This document shows, in pieces, positions 10,537 to 20,148 of a DNA stretch of 37,657 nucleotides. The notes under the pieces are model-generated. The model was not told the DNA's origin and did no database searches. It worked only from the letters and a program-made list of their open reading frames with translations. The position numbers and the translations under genes were made by a program. Positions within the stretch are counted from its first letter, which is position 1, and each line of letters begins with the position of its first letter. Origin of the DNA: Stramenopiles sp. TOSAG23-3 (taxonomy: Eukaryota); assembly GCA_900128585.1 (NCBI GenBank), contig LT642192.1, positions 1 to 37,657 on the forward strand. The letters run 5' to 3'.

Positions 10537-11784
10537 ATGTTCTCTTCTCAGTGCAGATTATTACTTAGGGGCCAACGGTCCGTGGCGTCGGGTTCGGGTG
10601 CGAAGCGGAGGGTACAAAAGTGCATAGAAATCAACCTCGCGCGGCGGGGGGTTGCGAGTTCGTCCCTCGGGACAGCTGCTTGTGCGAAGCTTGAGTCGCG
10701 AAGGGTCATTAGGGTAGCTGGGGGGGATTCCCTCAAGTTTTTGCAAGGCCTGGTAACAAATGATGTAAATACATTGAGTCCACAGCAGCCGCTTTTGTAC
10801 ACCCACCTTTTGAACCACAAAGGTCGATCGCTGTTTGACATGTTTGTCTATTTGGACCATAGGTCTGCAACGGGCGAGGAGGAGGAAGGGAACATTTACT
10901 TGCTTGACTGCAGAGAAGACGTGGCAGACACTCTCCTGCGGTTACTGCAGATGTACAAGTTGAGGTCCAACACAAATATAGCGGATGTGAGCGGGCAGTG
11001 CGAGGTTTGGGGCCTGTTTCCGAAAGAAGTGAGCGAAGGCTACCCGACCGACGAGTTTATTGAAAATGCCTCCAAACTAGACTTTTTGCCCGATCCTCGG
11101 TCCACGTTCTTAGGCTTTCGCCGTATTTTTCCGGGCAGCAGTACGTTTAATGTTGATGAAGATGAATTCCAAAAAGTAGACGAAAGTTATTTAGACATAA
11201 ACCGCCGGTACCTGGGCGTTCTCGAAGGGTTGGAATTGTCCAATCAAATTCCATTGGAGTGCAACTTGGACCTTCTGAACGGGGTTAGTTTCACAAAAGG
11301 CTGCTACGTTGGCCAAGAGCTCACTGCCAGGACTCACTTTCAAGGATTGGTCCGAAAGCGCAATGTGCCTGTTTTTCTGAAAGTGATGGATGGCGACGAT
11401 GATGTAGAACCGACGGCGGTGGAAACGACCGAAACGGTCTACAGAAACGGGGGCGAGAAATTGGCAGACACTCTCCGGTCTGTCGTAGATAGCCAAAACC
11501 CGGCATTCGCCTCCTCGGAGGCAGAAGATTCCAAAACGACCATTCCGGTCTTTCGATCGGACAAAAAGGGTAGGAAAGCAGGAAAGCTGATCGTATCGTC
11601 CCTGCTCACTTCGGAAGGTGCAGGTGGGGAGAGTCCGTCGACGATAGGGTTGGCGATGGCTTTGTTAAAAACTGATACGTTGGGGGGGCAAGACGGTGGG
11701 GCTACCGCTCAGCTCTTTAGCACAGATTCGGCGGGGAGGCGTGTTCAGATCGTGCCCTTCATCCCCCCATGGTTTCGGCCGTAA
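10537..11784 (+). CDS. IBA57: Mitochondrial Fe-S cluster assembly factor IBA57/CAF17 (YgfZ family)
   Basis: Arg-rich presequence-like N-terminus; KFLQGLVTND; family signature KGCYVGQELTART. Confidence 0.95.
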   Translation: MFSSQCRLLLRGQRSVASGSGAKRRVQKCIEINLARRGVASSSLGTAACAKLESRRVIRVAGGDSLKFLQGLVTNDVNTLSPQQPLLYTHLLNHKGRSLFDMFVYLDHRSATGEEEEGNIYLLDCREDVADTLLRLLQMYKLRSNTNIADVSGQCEVWGLFPKEVSEGYPTDEFIENASKLDFLPDPRSTFLGFRRIFPGSSTFNVDEDEFQKVDESYLDINRRYLGVLEGLELSNQIPLECNLDLLNGVSFTKGCYVGQELTARTHFQGLVRKRNVPVFLKVMDGDDDVEPTAVETTETVYRNGGEKLADTLRSVVDSQNPAFASSEAEDSKTTIPVFRSDKKGRKAGKLIVSSLLTSEGAGGESPSTIGLAMALLKTDTLGGQDGGATAQLFSTDSAGRRVQIVPFIPPWFRP

Positions 11785-11958
11785 GCAGGGCCGTGCGCGT
11801 TTTAAAATTCGAAAAGAACAAAATTCAGGAAATGTTCATTTAAAATCTCTAAAGTATACAAGTAGTTCAAGGCCCTACTTTCTAGATCTTCATTTTAGTT
11901 CTGACTTAAAAACAGCACACCCTAAAATTCAAGATAGAAACTGCAACACATATATCTC

Positions 11959-13221
11959 TCAAAAAAAACTTCCCAGGGCATTGTTCTCTTCCCAGTTGTT
12001 CCGCTTCAAAGCTTTCACGACATCGTCATATGTTTTATCGTTTAGACCCATCTCGTGCAGCATGGAAATTACCACGGCGACTTTTGTCTCCTTCTCCTCC
12101 GGCAGGTCATGTGACCCGCTGCTCATTTTTCGAAGCAATTCCCCATTCTTGTCTTTTGCGTTCTTCTTTTGCAACGACGGAGGCGCAGTATGGTCATTGT
12201 TTGCCAGTTGCTCGTACAGCTTCATCAATTCTAATTCTTCTTCAGACGGTGGCGGGAATACGTCTGCTCCATCCGAGTTATTCACATAATTGGCCGCTGC
12301 ACCATTGTTACCCTTGGCTTTGCCCTCCTGTTCACCTCTTGGTTTATGCTCGGCCCAGTTCACCCATGGATCCAACAATGGCGCCGGGTTATGTTTACCG
12401 TTGGGCAATACCCTTTGGGCCCCGTGGCGAGTAACACGGAAATATACAGCGTAACGAATGGACGGACTTGCGTTTGGCGCGACGAAGTGCGCGGTGAGGT
12501 AATTGGCCAGGAATACATCGCCCTTCTTGCCCGTACAGTGGCATGGTTTTCTTTTAAATATTTTCCACGTGGCCTTTCCTGTGGGAAGGGCTTGGTTCCC
12601 AAATTGGTAGACCCTCTCTAAATTGTCGCCTTTCGAAAAGTACTCCGCCAACTCGTGATGGGAGCCCGGGAATGTACAAAGTTCCCCTGAGAGTGGAGCA
12701 TCCACATCGCTCAGCAATACTCCCACAAGGCAATCGAAGTTGTGTATTTTTCCGTAATGGTCCGTAATCCCTGGGATAAAGTCGTTTGGGCATCCATCAA
12801 TGTGCCAATACTGAGCAGTATTTCTAAAAACCTGTTCGCTAGCCTTGGCAGATTGGTTGGGTGTAAAATCCCCCGGGAAGCGGAGTGCCAGCTGGCCACC
12901 CCCTTGACGATACGGCTTTTTTCCACCCAGCATTTTTTGCAACACGATCGGAATAGCACTTTTATTGAACAAATTAGTAATCGCTTTGTGTTTCGGGAAT
13001 GTCCTTGCCTTCATTTCATCAACGGAGGTTTCGTTCGATCCCAATCGTCTATTTATTTCTCTCAGTGCGTCGTCGCATAACTTTTCACTGACGCAATTCT
13101 TTAAGCGCACAAACCCATCTTTCCGGAAAGTCGCCACGGTGTCTTGGGTGCAAAAATCGTAGGCCTGCTGGCGAACGTACGCTGCGTCGTCTGCACCCGG
13201 CGACCTTTTAAAAAGAAACAT
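11959..13221 (-). CDS. PhyH-family Fe(II)/2-oxoglutarate dioxygenase with C-terminal UBA-like domain
   Basis: FRKDGFVRLKN; WHIDG (HxD); FPGSHH; GDVFL..TAHFVAPN..IRYAVYFR; C-terminal LHEMGL..VVKALKRNNWEENNAL. Confidence 0.8.
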   Translation of the reverse strand: MFLFKRSPGADDAAYVRQQAYDFCTQDTVATFRKDGFVRLKNCVSEKLCDDALREINRRLGSNETSVDEMKARTFPKHKAITNLFNKSAIPIVLQKMLGGKKPYRQGGGQLALRFPGDFTPNQSAKASEQVFRNTAQYWHIDGCPNDFIPGITDHYGKIHNFDCLVGVLLSDVDAPLSGELCTFPGSHHELAEYFSKGDNLERVYQFGNQALPTGKATWKIFKRKPCHCTGKKGDVFLANYLTAHFVAPNASPSIRYAVYFRVTRHGAQRVLPNGKHNPAPLLDPWVNWAEHKPRGEQEGKAKGNNGAAANYVNNSDGADVFPPPSEEELELMKLYEQLANNDHTAPPSLQKKNAKDKNGELLRKMSSGSHDLPEEKETKVAVVISMLHEMGLNDKTYDDVVKALKRNNWEENNALGSFF

Positions 13222-13442
13222 TCCTCTGGGGTCACGTGAAATAAACCTTACGACATCTTCACAAGCATTTCTTTGGGTTTTTGAAGAACTTATCGTGTAT
13301 CCTCATGAATGACGTTAATATATTTTTGATTTTTAGATTATATAACAGAAACCGTTGTCCTTCAACAAGAAGAGGAGCGACGACGACGAGGAGGAGGAAG
13401 AGGAAGAAGAGGAACAGAGAAGAGAGAAAGAAGAGAAGAGAA

Positions 13443-13597
13443 GTACGTACGGTAACCACCGTACGGTACCGGTTCCCGTTCGTACCTGGTACGAGGTATT
13501 ACGTACCACCCGTACCACCAGGACCCTAATTTGTCGTCCCGAAAAGTGGCAACTTTTTTGTACCTGTAGTACCGCTGTACCGGTACAGGTAGTACCG
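13443..13597. promoter_or_regulatory. GTAC-dense palindromic cluster in divergent promoter (putative regulatory)
   Basis: About 13 GTAC by manual count in ~155 bp, flanked on both sides by GAA/GAG-rich tracts; function is inferred. Confidence 0.45.
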
Positions 13598-13885
13598 TAT
13601 TATATTTATAGTAGTAAGAAGAGAAGAAAAAAAGGAGAGAAGAAGAAGAGGAGAAAGAAAAAAAGAAGAAGAAGAGGAAAAAAAAAGAAGAAACAAATTT
13701 AAACAGTATAGTAGAGAAGAAGAAGAAGAAAAAAGTGCTGCGTGGGTTTGTGGTATAGATTATATAATATATACAGACGGAAAAAAATATAGAAGAGTCT
13801 TCGTTTTATGTCTGTTGCATATTCGGGTGGACCAGTTTTGACTGGATAGGTTTTAGTTCAGTTGCTGTTTAACGCACTAGAGCAG

Positions 13886-14848
13886 ATGGCGAGTTTAGTT
13901 CAAACCGAAGAGGTGTCTGAGGTACCCGGGGAAAGGGTGCTTTCTGCGGAACAAGAAAAGGCACAACAGAAACTGGTGAAGCAACAGGGGCACGAGATAC
14001 GGATGTTGGGGCAGAGGAAAAAGAAAGAGGCTAAAAAGATCAAGGACAAAGCTAAGCGGATGGAGCACTACAAACGGTACGATGTTGTTGAGGAAGAGTT
14101 GAAAGAGAAGCATGCCATAGCTTTGGAACAGTTGCTTTCGTCGTTGGAGACCCTCGAGACCGAGGAAAACGATGAAAAAGGCAATGGCCAGGACGCACCA
14201 AGCGCAGAGGAACCTCAAGAAACTGCGGAGGAGGAAAAGATTAGGAAGAAGAGGGAGAAGGCGGCAAGAAAACGGCAAGCGAAACTAGAAAAAGAAAGGG
14301 CCGAAGCTTTGGAACTAGAAAATGAACGAAACAAACAGGTAGACTACCGCGCCATAGAGAACGAGAGGATATTGGGGAAAGTCGCTGGACTTGGCCTGTC
14401 CATTTCTGATATAAAAGCCGACGGGAACTGCTTGTTTCGTTCGATTGTGCACCAGCTTGGGTTTAACGAAGCGCACGCAGGGGCGCTGGATGTGTGCAAA
14501 GACCACGAAGCGCTTAGAAAAGCGGCCGCCCAGCACATGAGGTCGAATGCGGCGTCCTATGCACCATTTTTGGCAGCAGACAATAAGCGCAATGAAAGCT
14601 TTCTTGAATATTGCGATCGTATGGAAAACACGGCGGATTGGGGTGGGGAGTTGGAGCTGCGGGCGCTGAGCGAGGTTTTGCGGGTCCCCATTACCATTCA
14701 CAGTGCCGGGGCGCAACCGATACTGATGGGAGAAAACGAGCAGGGTCCCACGTTGAACGTGTCCTACCACAAGCAGTATTACGCGTTAGGAATGCACTAC
14801 AACTCGCTTGTTCCCACCTCGCGACTGTTCGCGACCAGTAAACGATAG
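13886..14848 (+). CDS. OTUD6B: OTU-domain deubiquitinase, OTUD6B/yeast OTU2-like
   Basis: Charged coiled-coil N-terminus; IKADGNCLFRSI (catalytic Cys); WGGELELRALS; YHKQYYALGMHYNS (catalytic His). First ATG is at 13886. Confidence 0.9.
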   Translation: MASLVQTEEVSEVPGERVLSAEQEKAQQKLVKQQGHEIRMLGQRKKKEAKKIKDKAKRMEHYKRYDVVEEELKEKHAIALEQLLSSLETLETEENDEKGNGQDAPSAEEPQETAEEEKIRKKREKAARKRQAKLEKERAEALELENERNKQVDYRAIENERILGKVAGLGLSISDIKADGNCLFRSIVHQLGFNEAHAGALDVCKDHEALRKAAAQHMRSNAASYAPFLAADNKRNESFLEYCDRMENTADWGGELELRALSEVLRVPITIHSAGAQPILMGENEQGPTLNVSYHKQYYALGMHYNSLVPTSRLFATSKR

Positions 14849-15568
14849 CATACGATGATGACTTTGCCGAGGTGACGAAATTGTTTAGGGAAGCTATATG
14901 TGAAAAAAAACTAATGATATAGTATGTGAAAATAATATATATATAGTATGTTTTAAAGTCAAAAAAGAAAAGAAAAGAAAAAAGAAGGTAAAACCGTTCA
15001 AGAACCCAAACTCCTCCTTGTTACAGAATAAGACCTCTGGTATGATATTCATCATTCAAACTAACATATGTATGATTATGAATAGCATATCATATGATAA
15101 CAAACAAGAAAAATTTGGCTGTTAGTTTTTATAGTAAGATAATTAAAATTAAAGAAAAAAAGAATGTGTCAGTTCAAGAACCAAATGTCTCCTCCTATGA
15201 TAACATAAAATTGTTTGAGACAGTGGCTATTATTGTTTTGTTGAGGCCGGGCTCTATCCCAAAACGTATTAGGATGATCATAATGATGAGTATGTGATAC
15301 GTATATATTGTTTTTACGTACATGATATAATAAATTAAGCTCTTGTGGCACATTCATTACATTGAACAACCGTTTTTGAACACAAAATATGTTATGCTTA
15401 CGTAACCATTATCATTCGTAAGAATATTGAGACTTGAGACGAACACACGACGCACAAAAGTCGTACGAGTTCTCTTATTCGTCATTATTGTTTTTTAACG
15501 ACGTAAAATGCGAGGAAGTACAAAGGTTTTACCATAAGAAGTGGCTGCATGCAGTTCTATGCCAACCT

Positions 15569-16819
15569 TTACCGGCGCCCACCGCCAACTCCTGCAAACA
15601 GCAAACTCCTCTCAATTCCTTCCGACGCTAGGACGTCGGTTGGAATGCTGACGACCTCGTCCATCCCCCTAGTGTACAAATAATGCACACCAATTTTCAG
15701 GTCCTCTTCTTTTTGTGCCTCCTTGAACTCTGCCATCGTTGCTATTTTATTGCGCTTACCCCTAAACTTCTTGCGTTCTGCCTCCTCCTCTGCGGCTTTC
15801 TTCGCTGCTGCCTCCGCTTCTTCTTGCGCTTTGACGCGGGCGGCTTCCTCTTCTGCTGCTATTTCTTCTGGAGTCTTCACGGGTTCGGGGGGAGGCTCCG
15901 ACGCTTTGCTGGCGGGCGTTTTCTTTGCATCTCCCTCGTCGCCAGACTCCTCTTCCTCGCTGGACTCATCTTCGCCGGACTCTTCCTCGCTGGAGTCCTC
16001 TTCCTCACTGGATTCCTCTTCCTCGCTGGACTCCTCTTCGCTGGACTCCTCTTCGCTGGACTCCTCTTCGCTGGACTCTTCCTCGCTGGATTCCTCTTCG
16101 CTTTCCTCCGTTTCTGTCTCTGAAGTGGCCTTCTTTTTTTCCTTCTTCTCGCTCTCCTCGGGTGCGTCCTTAGCCTTGGCCTTGGTCTCGACCTCGGCGG
16201 TTGCGGTTGCGGCTGCGGGCGTAGGCGTGGGCTCTGGCTCTGGTTTCGTCTCTTTGGCCTCGGGGACTGGCTCGGCTTTGGGCTGGGGCTCCACTTTTTG
16301 CTTTTTGACGGTACTGACCGGTTTCACGGGATCGTGGGGCGGCGAGTACGGGCGCTTCTTCTTGCGCACACGGCCACTGCCCCCTGCCCGAGGCGACGCC
16401 GGCACGGCAGCAGCGGCCTCGGCGACGACGTAGTTTTTCAACGCCTTGAACGACATAGAGGTCACCTCGAAATCGCCGTCGATGGAGAACGTTCCAAACG
16501 TATTCTTTCCTTGTCCGTTCACTTTAATTTTATTGTTGGAAGGCCCAACCGAAAACTTCAGGCTGATGTCGTCCTCCTTGTACTCCTCTAGAGCCCCTCC
16601 CGTGCCCTTGATTGCGAACTTGCCTGCGTAGAGCCCGGTCCCTGGCAGCTCCGTCCCGGCGGACTCTCCCGGGTTCGCTGCCCGGACTGGCGCTGCGTTT
16701 GTCACGGAGTGGTATTCAAACGGGCTCTTGACGGCCTCCTGGCCTATCATATGCCACGTCCCAACAATACTAACCTTTCCTTCCAGCGTCTGCTGAATCT
16801 TACCTTCCAACTGGGCCAT
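15569..16819 (-). CDS. Uncharacterised protein: N-terminal beta-rich domain, basic NLS-like stretch, Pro/Glu linker, (EEESS)n acidic repeats
   Basis: 416-aa ORF with GC-rich codon pattern; RVRKKKRP; globular-looking first ~130 aa. Confidence 0.75.
   Translation of the reverse strand: MAQLEGKIQQTLEGKVSIVGTWHMIGQEAVKSPFEYHSVTNAAPVRAANPGESAGTELPGTGLYAGKFAIKGTGGALEEYKEDDISLKFSVGPSNNKIKVNGQGKNTFGTFSIDGDFEVTSMSFKALKNYVVAEAAAAVPASPRAGGSGRVRKKKRPYSPPHDPVKPVSTVKKQKVEPQPKAEPVPEAKETKPEPEPTPTPAAATATAEVETKAKAKDAPEESEKKEKKKATSETETEESEEESSEEESSEEESSEEESSEEESSEEEESSEEEDSSEEESGEDESSEEEESGDEGDAKKTPASKASEPPPEPVKTPEEIAAEEEAARVKAQEEAEAAAKKAAEEEAERKKFRGKRNKIATMAEFKEAQKEEDLKIGVHYLYTRGMDEVVSIPTDVLASEGIERSLLFAGVGGGRR
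15944..16101 (-). repeat. 15-bp coding tandem repeat encoding EEESS
   Basis: Unit CTCCTCTTCGCTGGA (+ strand) repeated with variants. Confidence 0.9.
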
Positions 16820-17526
16820 CGTAGCTGATTTTTAAACGTACTTGGCTGATTTCTCTATATATATGCTTTGAGAAAAGGAAGACTTTCACAAGGGATTGCA
16901 AATTTCTTGCCTTCTCCTTTTCAACAATAGTATGTTTTCCACATTTATACATTTCAAATAAAGTTTCTTAGTTTAAGTAAGTAAAAAAAAACAGGTCGGT
17001 TAGTAAAACTATTATTATTATTTATTTTATAATAATATATAATAAAATACCATCCATGATGGCAGTAATAATTAATAATAATAATAATAAATAAAAATTT
17101 TATTATTATTATTATTTAATACTGTATAATAAGTAATAATAATTATTAATAATTTTATTTTGTGTGGTGGTGGCGAAGGAGGAAGGATATTATATTTTGT
17201 TTCTTCTTCACAAGAAGCTATTTGAAATCGGAGGGAGAAGAAGGAGAAGGAGAAGAGAAGGAGAATAGTGAGGGAGGAGTGATTAAAATACAATTCCTTT
17301 TCTCTTCTGTGATAATCTGATAATCTTATTTAATTGATCCAATATTATATTCTATAGACTAGTAACTACTACTATAATATTACGAACTAACCCTAACTAG
17401 ACTAATAATAATAATTTTTTAATTGAAAAAAAATGAAAAAGTTTAAAGGAAGAAAAGTACTTGAACACAACGAAGCATAGCGCTTCAACACTCACTCATC
17501 TTCTTCTTTGTCGTAGTATAATAATA

Positions 17527-17635
17527 NNNNNNNNNNNNNNNNNNNNNNNNNNNNNNNNNNNNNNNNNNNNNNNNNNNNNNNNNNNNNNNNNNNNNNNNNN
17601 NNNNNNNNNNNNNNNNNNNNNNNNNNNNNNNNNNN
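17527..17635. other. Assembly gap (109 N)
   Basis: Run of N. Confidence 1.
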
Positions 17636-17877
17636 TACCTTTTGGTATGACGAAGTGTATATATTATTATGATAATCGTCTCTTCTGTCTGTCTATTTGA
17701 CAATTATATTCAAAGTAAAAGTTGACATTTATGACACTAAAATTTACTATAGTCGTTTTCTTACATGCCTATTATTCGTGGCGGTTCGAGTGTGTGTGAT
17801 TTTGTGTTTTATTCTGTTCTGTTTCGTTTCTTTTTTTTGTTCTTTAATGCATGTTGTAGAGGGTTGTATATAGATAC

Positions 17878-19404
17878 ATGGCCCGTTTTTTCTTCCTATG
17901 TTTATTTGGTATTGCGTGCTTGTGTGGTATTTTTTTCCGTGCTATTCTGGCTGCAAATGTAACAGTAGGGATAACGCCAGAAGAGGAAGAGCTGCTGGAA
18001 TGGGTACGAACGAGTGGTGGAGCTGTTAATGGCTTAACTATGAAAACCCCGGCTGTTGGTCCCCGGGGGGTGTATACCCTTAGGGATATTGAAAAGGCGG
18101 CGTTCATGATGGTAATACCCCACGAAGTCTTGATCCATCGAGGATTTGTCTTGGACCCCGTGTCAAACCCCGCATTTTCGGATTTTTTCCTAAGGCTGAA
18201 GGCTGCCCATAATTTTTATGGGGACGATTGTGCTCTCCTAGCCTTGTATTTGACGTTTGAAAATTTTTACAACCGGGAGCGGACTGCCATTTCCCCATAT
18301 CTCAACAGTTTGCCACGGTTAGGACAATTTTCTTACTTGCCTACATATTGGAATGCTGATTTAAAACGGGTGTTTCCAACGCTTCAGTCGGGGAACCATA
18401 TATGGGAGAAACGCGTGAGAAACCAGCAGAATGGAGAGAAATTTGTGCGTGGGTTACTGTTTCCGTTTATGCGCAACAGCTCGTATAGTATCCAAAGTGT
18501 AGAGCACTTGCAGGAGCAATTTGCCTGGGCCAACCATGTTGTGGGTACGCGCTCTTGGGGTGGCGGTCTACACCCGAAGGACACAGGCGGGTGCACGCTC
18601 GTGCCGCTCGCGGATATGGTGAATCACAGGTCCAACAGTACCACGCCGATGGAAATAGCCGTCGGCTATGACGATAACACCGAAGGTTTCATCCGCATCG
18701 GCCAAGGTTTCCAGGCTGCGAAAGAATACAAAGCGGGCGAAGAGATTTTTCAAAATTACGCGCCGAAGGCGAAGATGGAATATTGCAATATCGATTTCCT
18801 GTTAAACTATGGGTTTCTAGACCCTGACCCGGACTACGATTGCTTCTCGTCTCATGCAAGACTAAATTTTGACGCTCAAACGTTTCGTGAAAAGAAACTG
18901 GAATTATTGCGATTGTATAGCATCGAATTGGCCAGTACAGGGACCGTCGATTTCAAGTTCAGGGGGAGCAGTATCGAGGCTGCGAGAACGCACTTCCCGG
19001 GCAAATTCCACACTCTCATGAGAATATTATCCGTGTCATCTGTCGAGGAGTACAACACGGGGAAAATATTAGCTTTGAATAATCAGACAGAAACGGCCCG
19101 CACTGTTTGGAATATTGACAATGAGAAACGAGCATATGAGCTTTCGGCAAAGCTAGTAAGTTCCGTGCGTTTACGGTACGAGACGACGGTCACAAAAGAC
19201 CTCGCCCTTGAGGAGGAGATCAAGAAGGCCATCGCCAAAGCCAACAATGGTGGTGCTGCGCAAGATGCCACTTCTGCCCAAACTTCGGAAAATCTGGGCC
19301 GTAAAAAATTATTGGTAGAATTGAGGCGCAGGGAACAAATGACTCTACTTGCATATGAAACCTTGGTGAAACAAAATGTCAGGGAAGCATCCAACAACGA
19401 ATAA
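17878..19404 (+). CDS. SET-domain protein methyltransferase of the SETD3/SETD6/Rubisco-LSMT class, with N-terminal signal peptide
   Basis: LLEWVRTSGG, GPRGVYT, SPYLNSLP, FAWANHVVGTRSW, LVPLADMVNH, GEEIFQNY, FLLNYGF; helical LSMT substrate-binding-like C-terminus; hydrophobic N-terminus. Confidence 0.85.
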   Translation: MARFFFLCLFGIACLCGIFFRAILAANVTVGITPEEEELLEWVRTSGGAVNGLTMKTPAVGPRGVYTLRDIEKAAFMMVIPHEVLIHRGFVLDPVSNPAFSDFFLRLKAAHNFYGDDCALLALYLTFENFYNRERTAISPYLNSLPRLGQFSYLPTYWNADLKRVFPTLQSGNHIWEKRVRNQQNGEKFVRGLLFPFMRNSSYSIQSVEHLQEQFAWANHVVGTRSWGGGLHPKDTGGCTLVPLADMVNHRSNSTTPMEIAVGYDDNTEGFIRIGQGFQAAKEYKAGEEIFQNYAPKAKMEYCNIDFLLNYGFLDPDPDYDCFSSHARLNFDAQTFREKKLELLRLYSIELASTGTVDFKFRGSSIEAARTHFPGKFHTLMRILSVSSVEEYNTGKILALNNQTETARTVWNIDNEKRAYELSAKLVSSVRLRYETTVTKDLALEEEIKKAIAKANNGGAAQDATSAQTSENLGRKKLLVELRRREQMTLLAYETLVKQNVREASNNE

Positions 19405-20148
19405 ATTTTTTAACTGTTTTTTCTTTTTTAATTATTTTAACAAAATGTTAGCAATGAAATAGTATGGAGTAAAATGACCAGCAGGAAGAAACGATCGGAA
19501 CTACGATATTATAAAATGTATCTATTTTCCTTAATATTGTAAAATTAGAGAAGTAATTATTGTTTAATTCATCCTCACGTTTAAACCAGATGATTGTTGG
19601 AAACTTTAAAAAAGTTTAAGGCATTTTTATTAACTATTAATAATATAATATTGTTGCCGCTTTTTCTATAATATAATTTAGTCAAATTTATTTCTTTTTC
19701 ATTTCTATAATAATAGTCTTGCAGCAAGAAGTAAATACAGACTACTCGTAGTTGATTTGTGGAACAGGAAAGGTTTAAGGACGATTTAGAGCTCCTTAGT
19801 CCCCCTCCTCCTTGGTAGAATAAATTAGAGACGACTAAATTAGAAAAAGCAAGCGGCAATTTGATGTGGTGGTGCGGCTTCGCTTCTCTTAATTAATACC
19901 ATAATAATTAATAATGATATAAAAGTCGTCAGTGTATGTATATTTTCTCTTTTCAAAATACATTATTATATGTATATTATATATAGAGAGAGAGGGAGTG
20001 AATTACAAACGAAGTAGAACGAACTATTCACTAAGGTTTCTGTAAATTGATAGAACAGATCGTAAAGAAAACCTGTGGTTTAGTTGGTTGTGATTGGTTG
20101 GTTTTCGAAGTTGGTTGTGAAGGTCCATTTTCGTTCTTACTTGTTCGA

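Noticed and set aside
11904-11916. ACTTAAAAACAGC as another copy of the convergent-spacer element
   Set aside because: Matches only the GCTGTT..TTAAGT tail and lacks the AATTGG core; too weak to count
13443-13597. GTAC islands or microsatellites as a CRISPR-like array
   Set aside because: No constant repeat with unique spacers, no cas genes, and the context is eukaryotic
68-14848. Apparent ubiquitin-system gene cluster (UBL-FHA, SKP1, PhyH-UBA, OTU)
   Set aside because: Ubiquitin-related domains are common in eukaryotic genomes and unrelated genes are interspersed; there is no evidence of a functional cluster without synteny data
15944-16101. EEESS repeats as a silacidin-like biomineralisation peptide paired with the neighbouring secreted SET enzyme
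   Set aside because: The protein has no signal peptide and has an NLS-like motif; an assembly gap also separates the two genes
15683-16591. Long plus-strand ORFs antisense to the acidic protein
   Set aside because: Shadow ORFs from GC-rich repetitive codons of the minus-strand gene
17386-17400. CTAACCCTAA telomere-like word
   Set aside because: Single unit in AT-rich DNA; not an array
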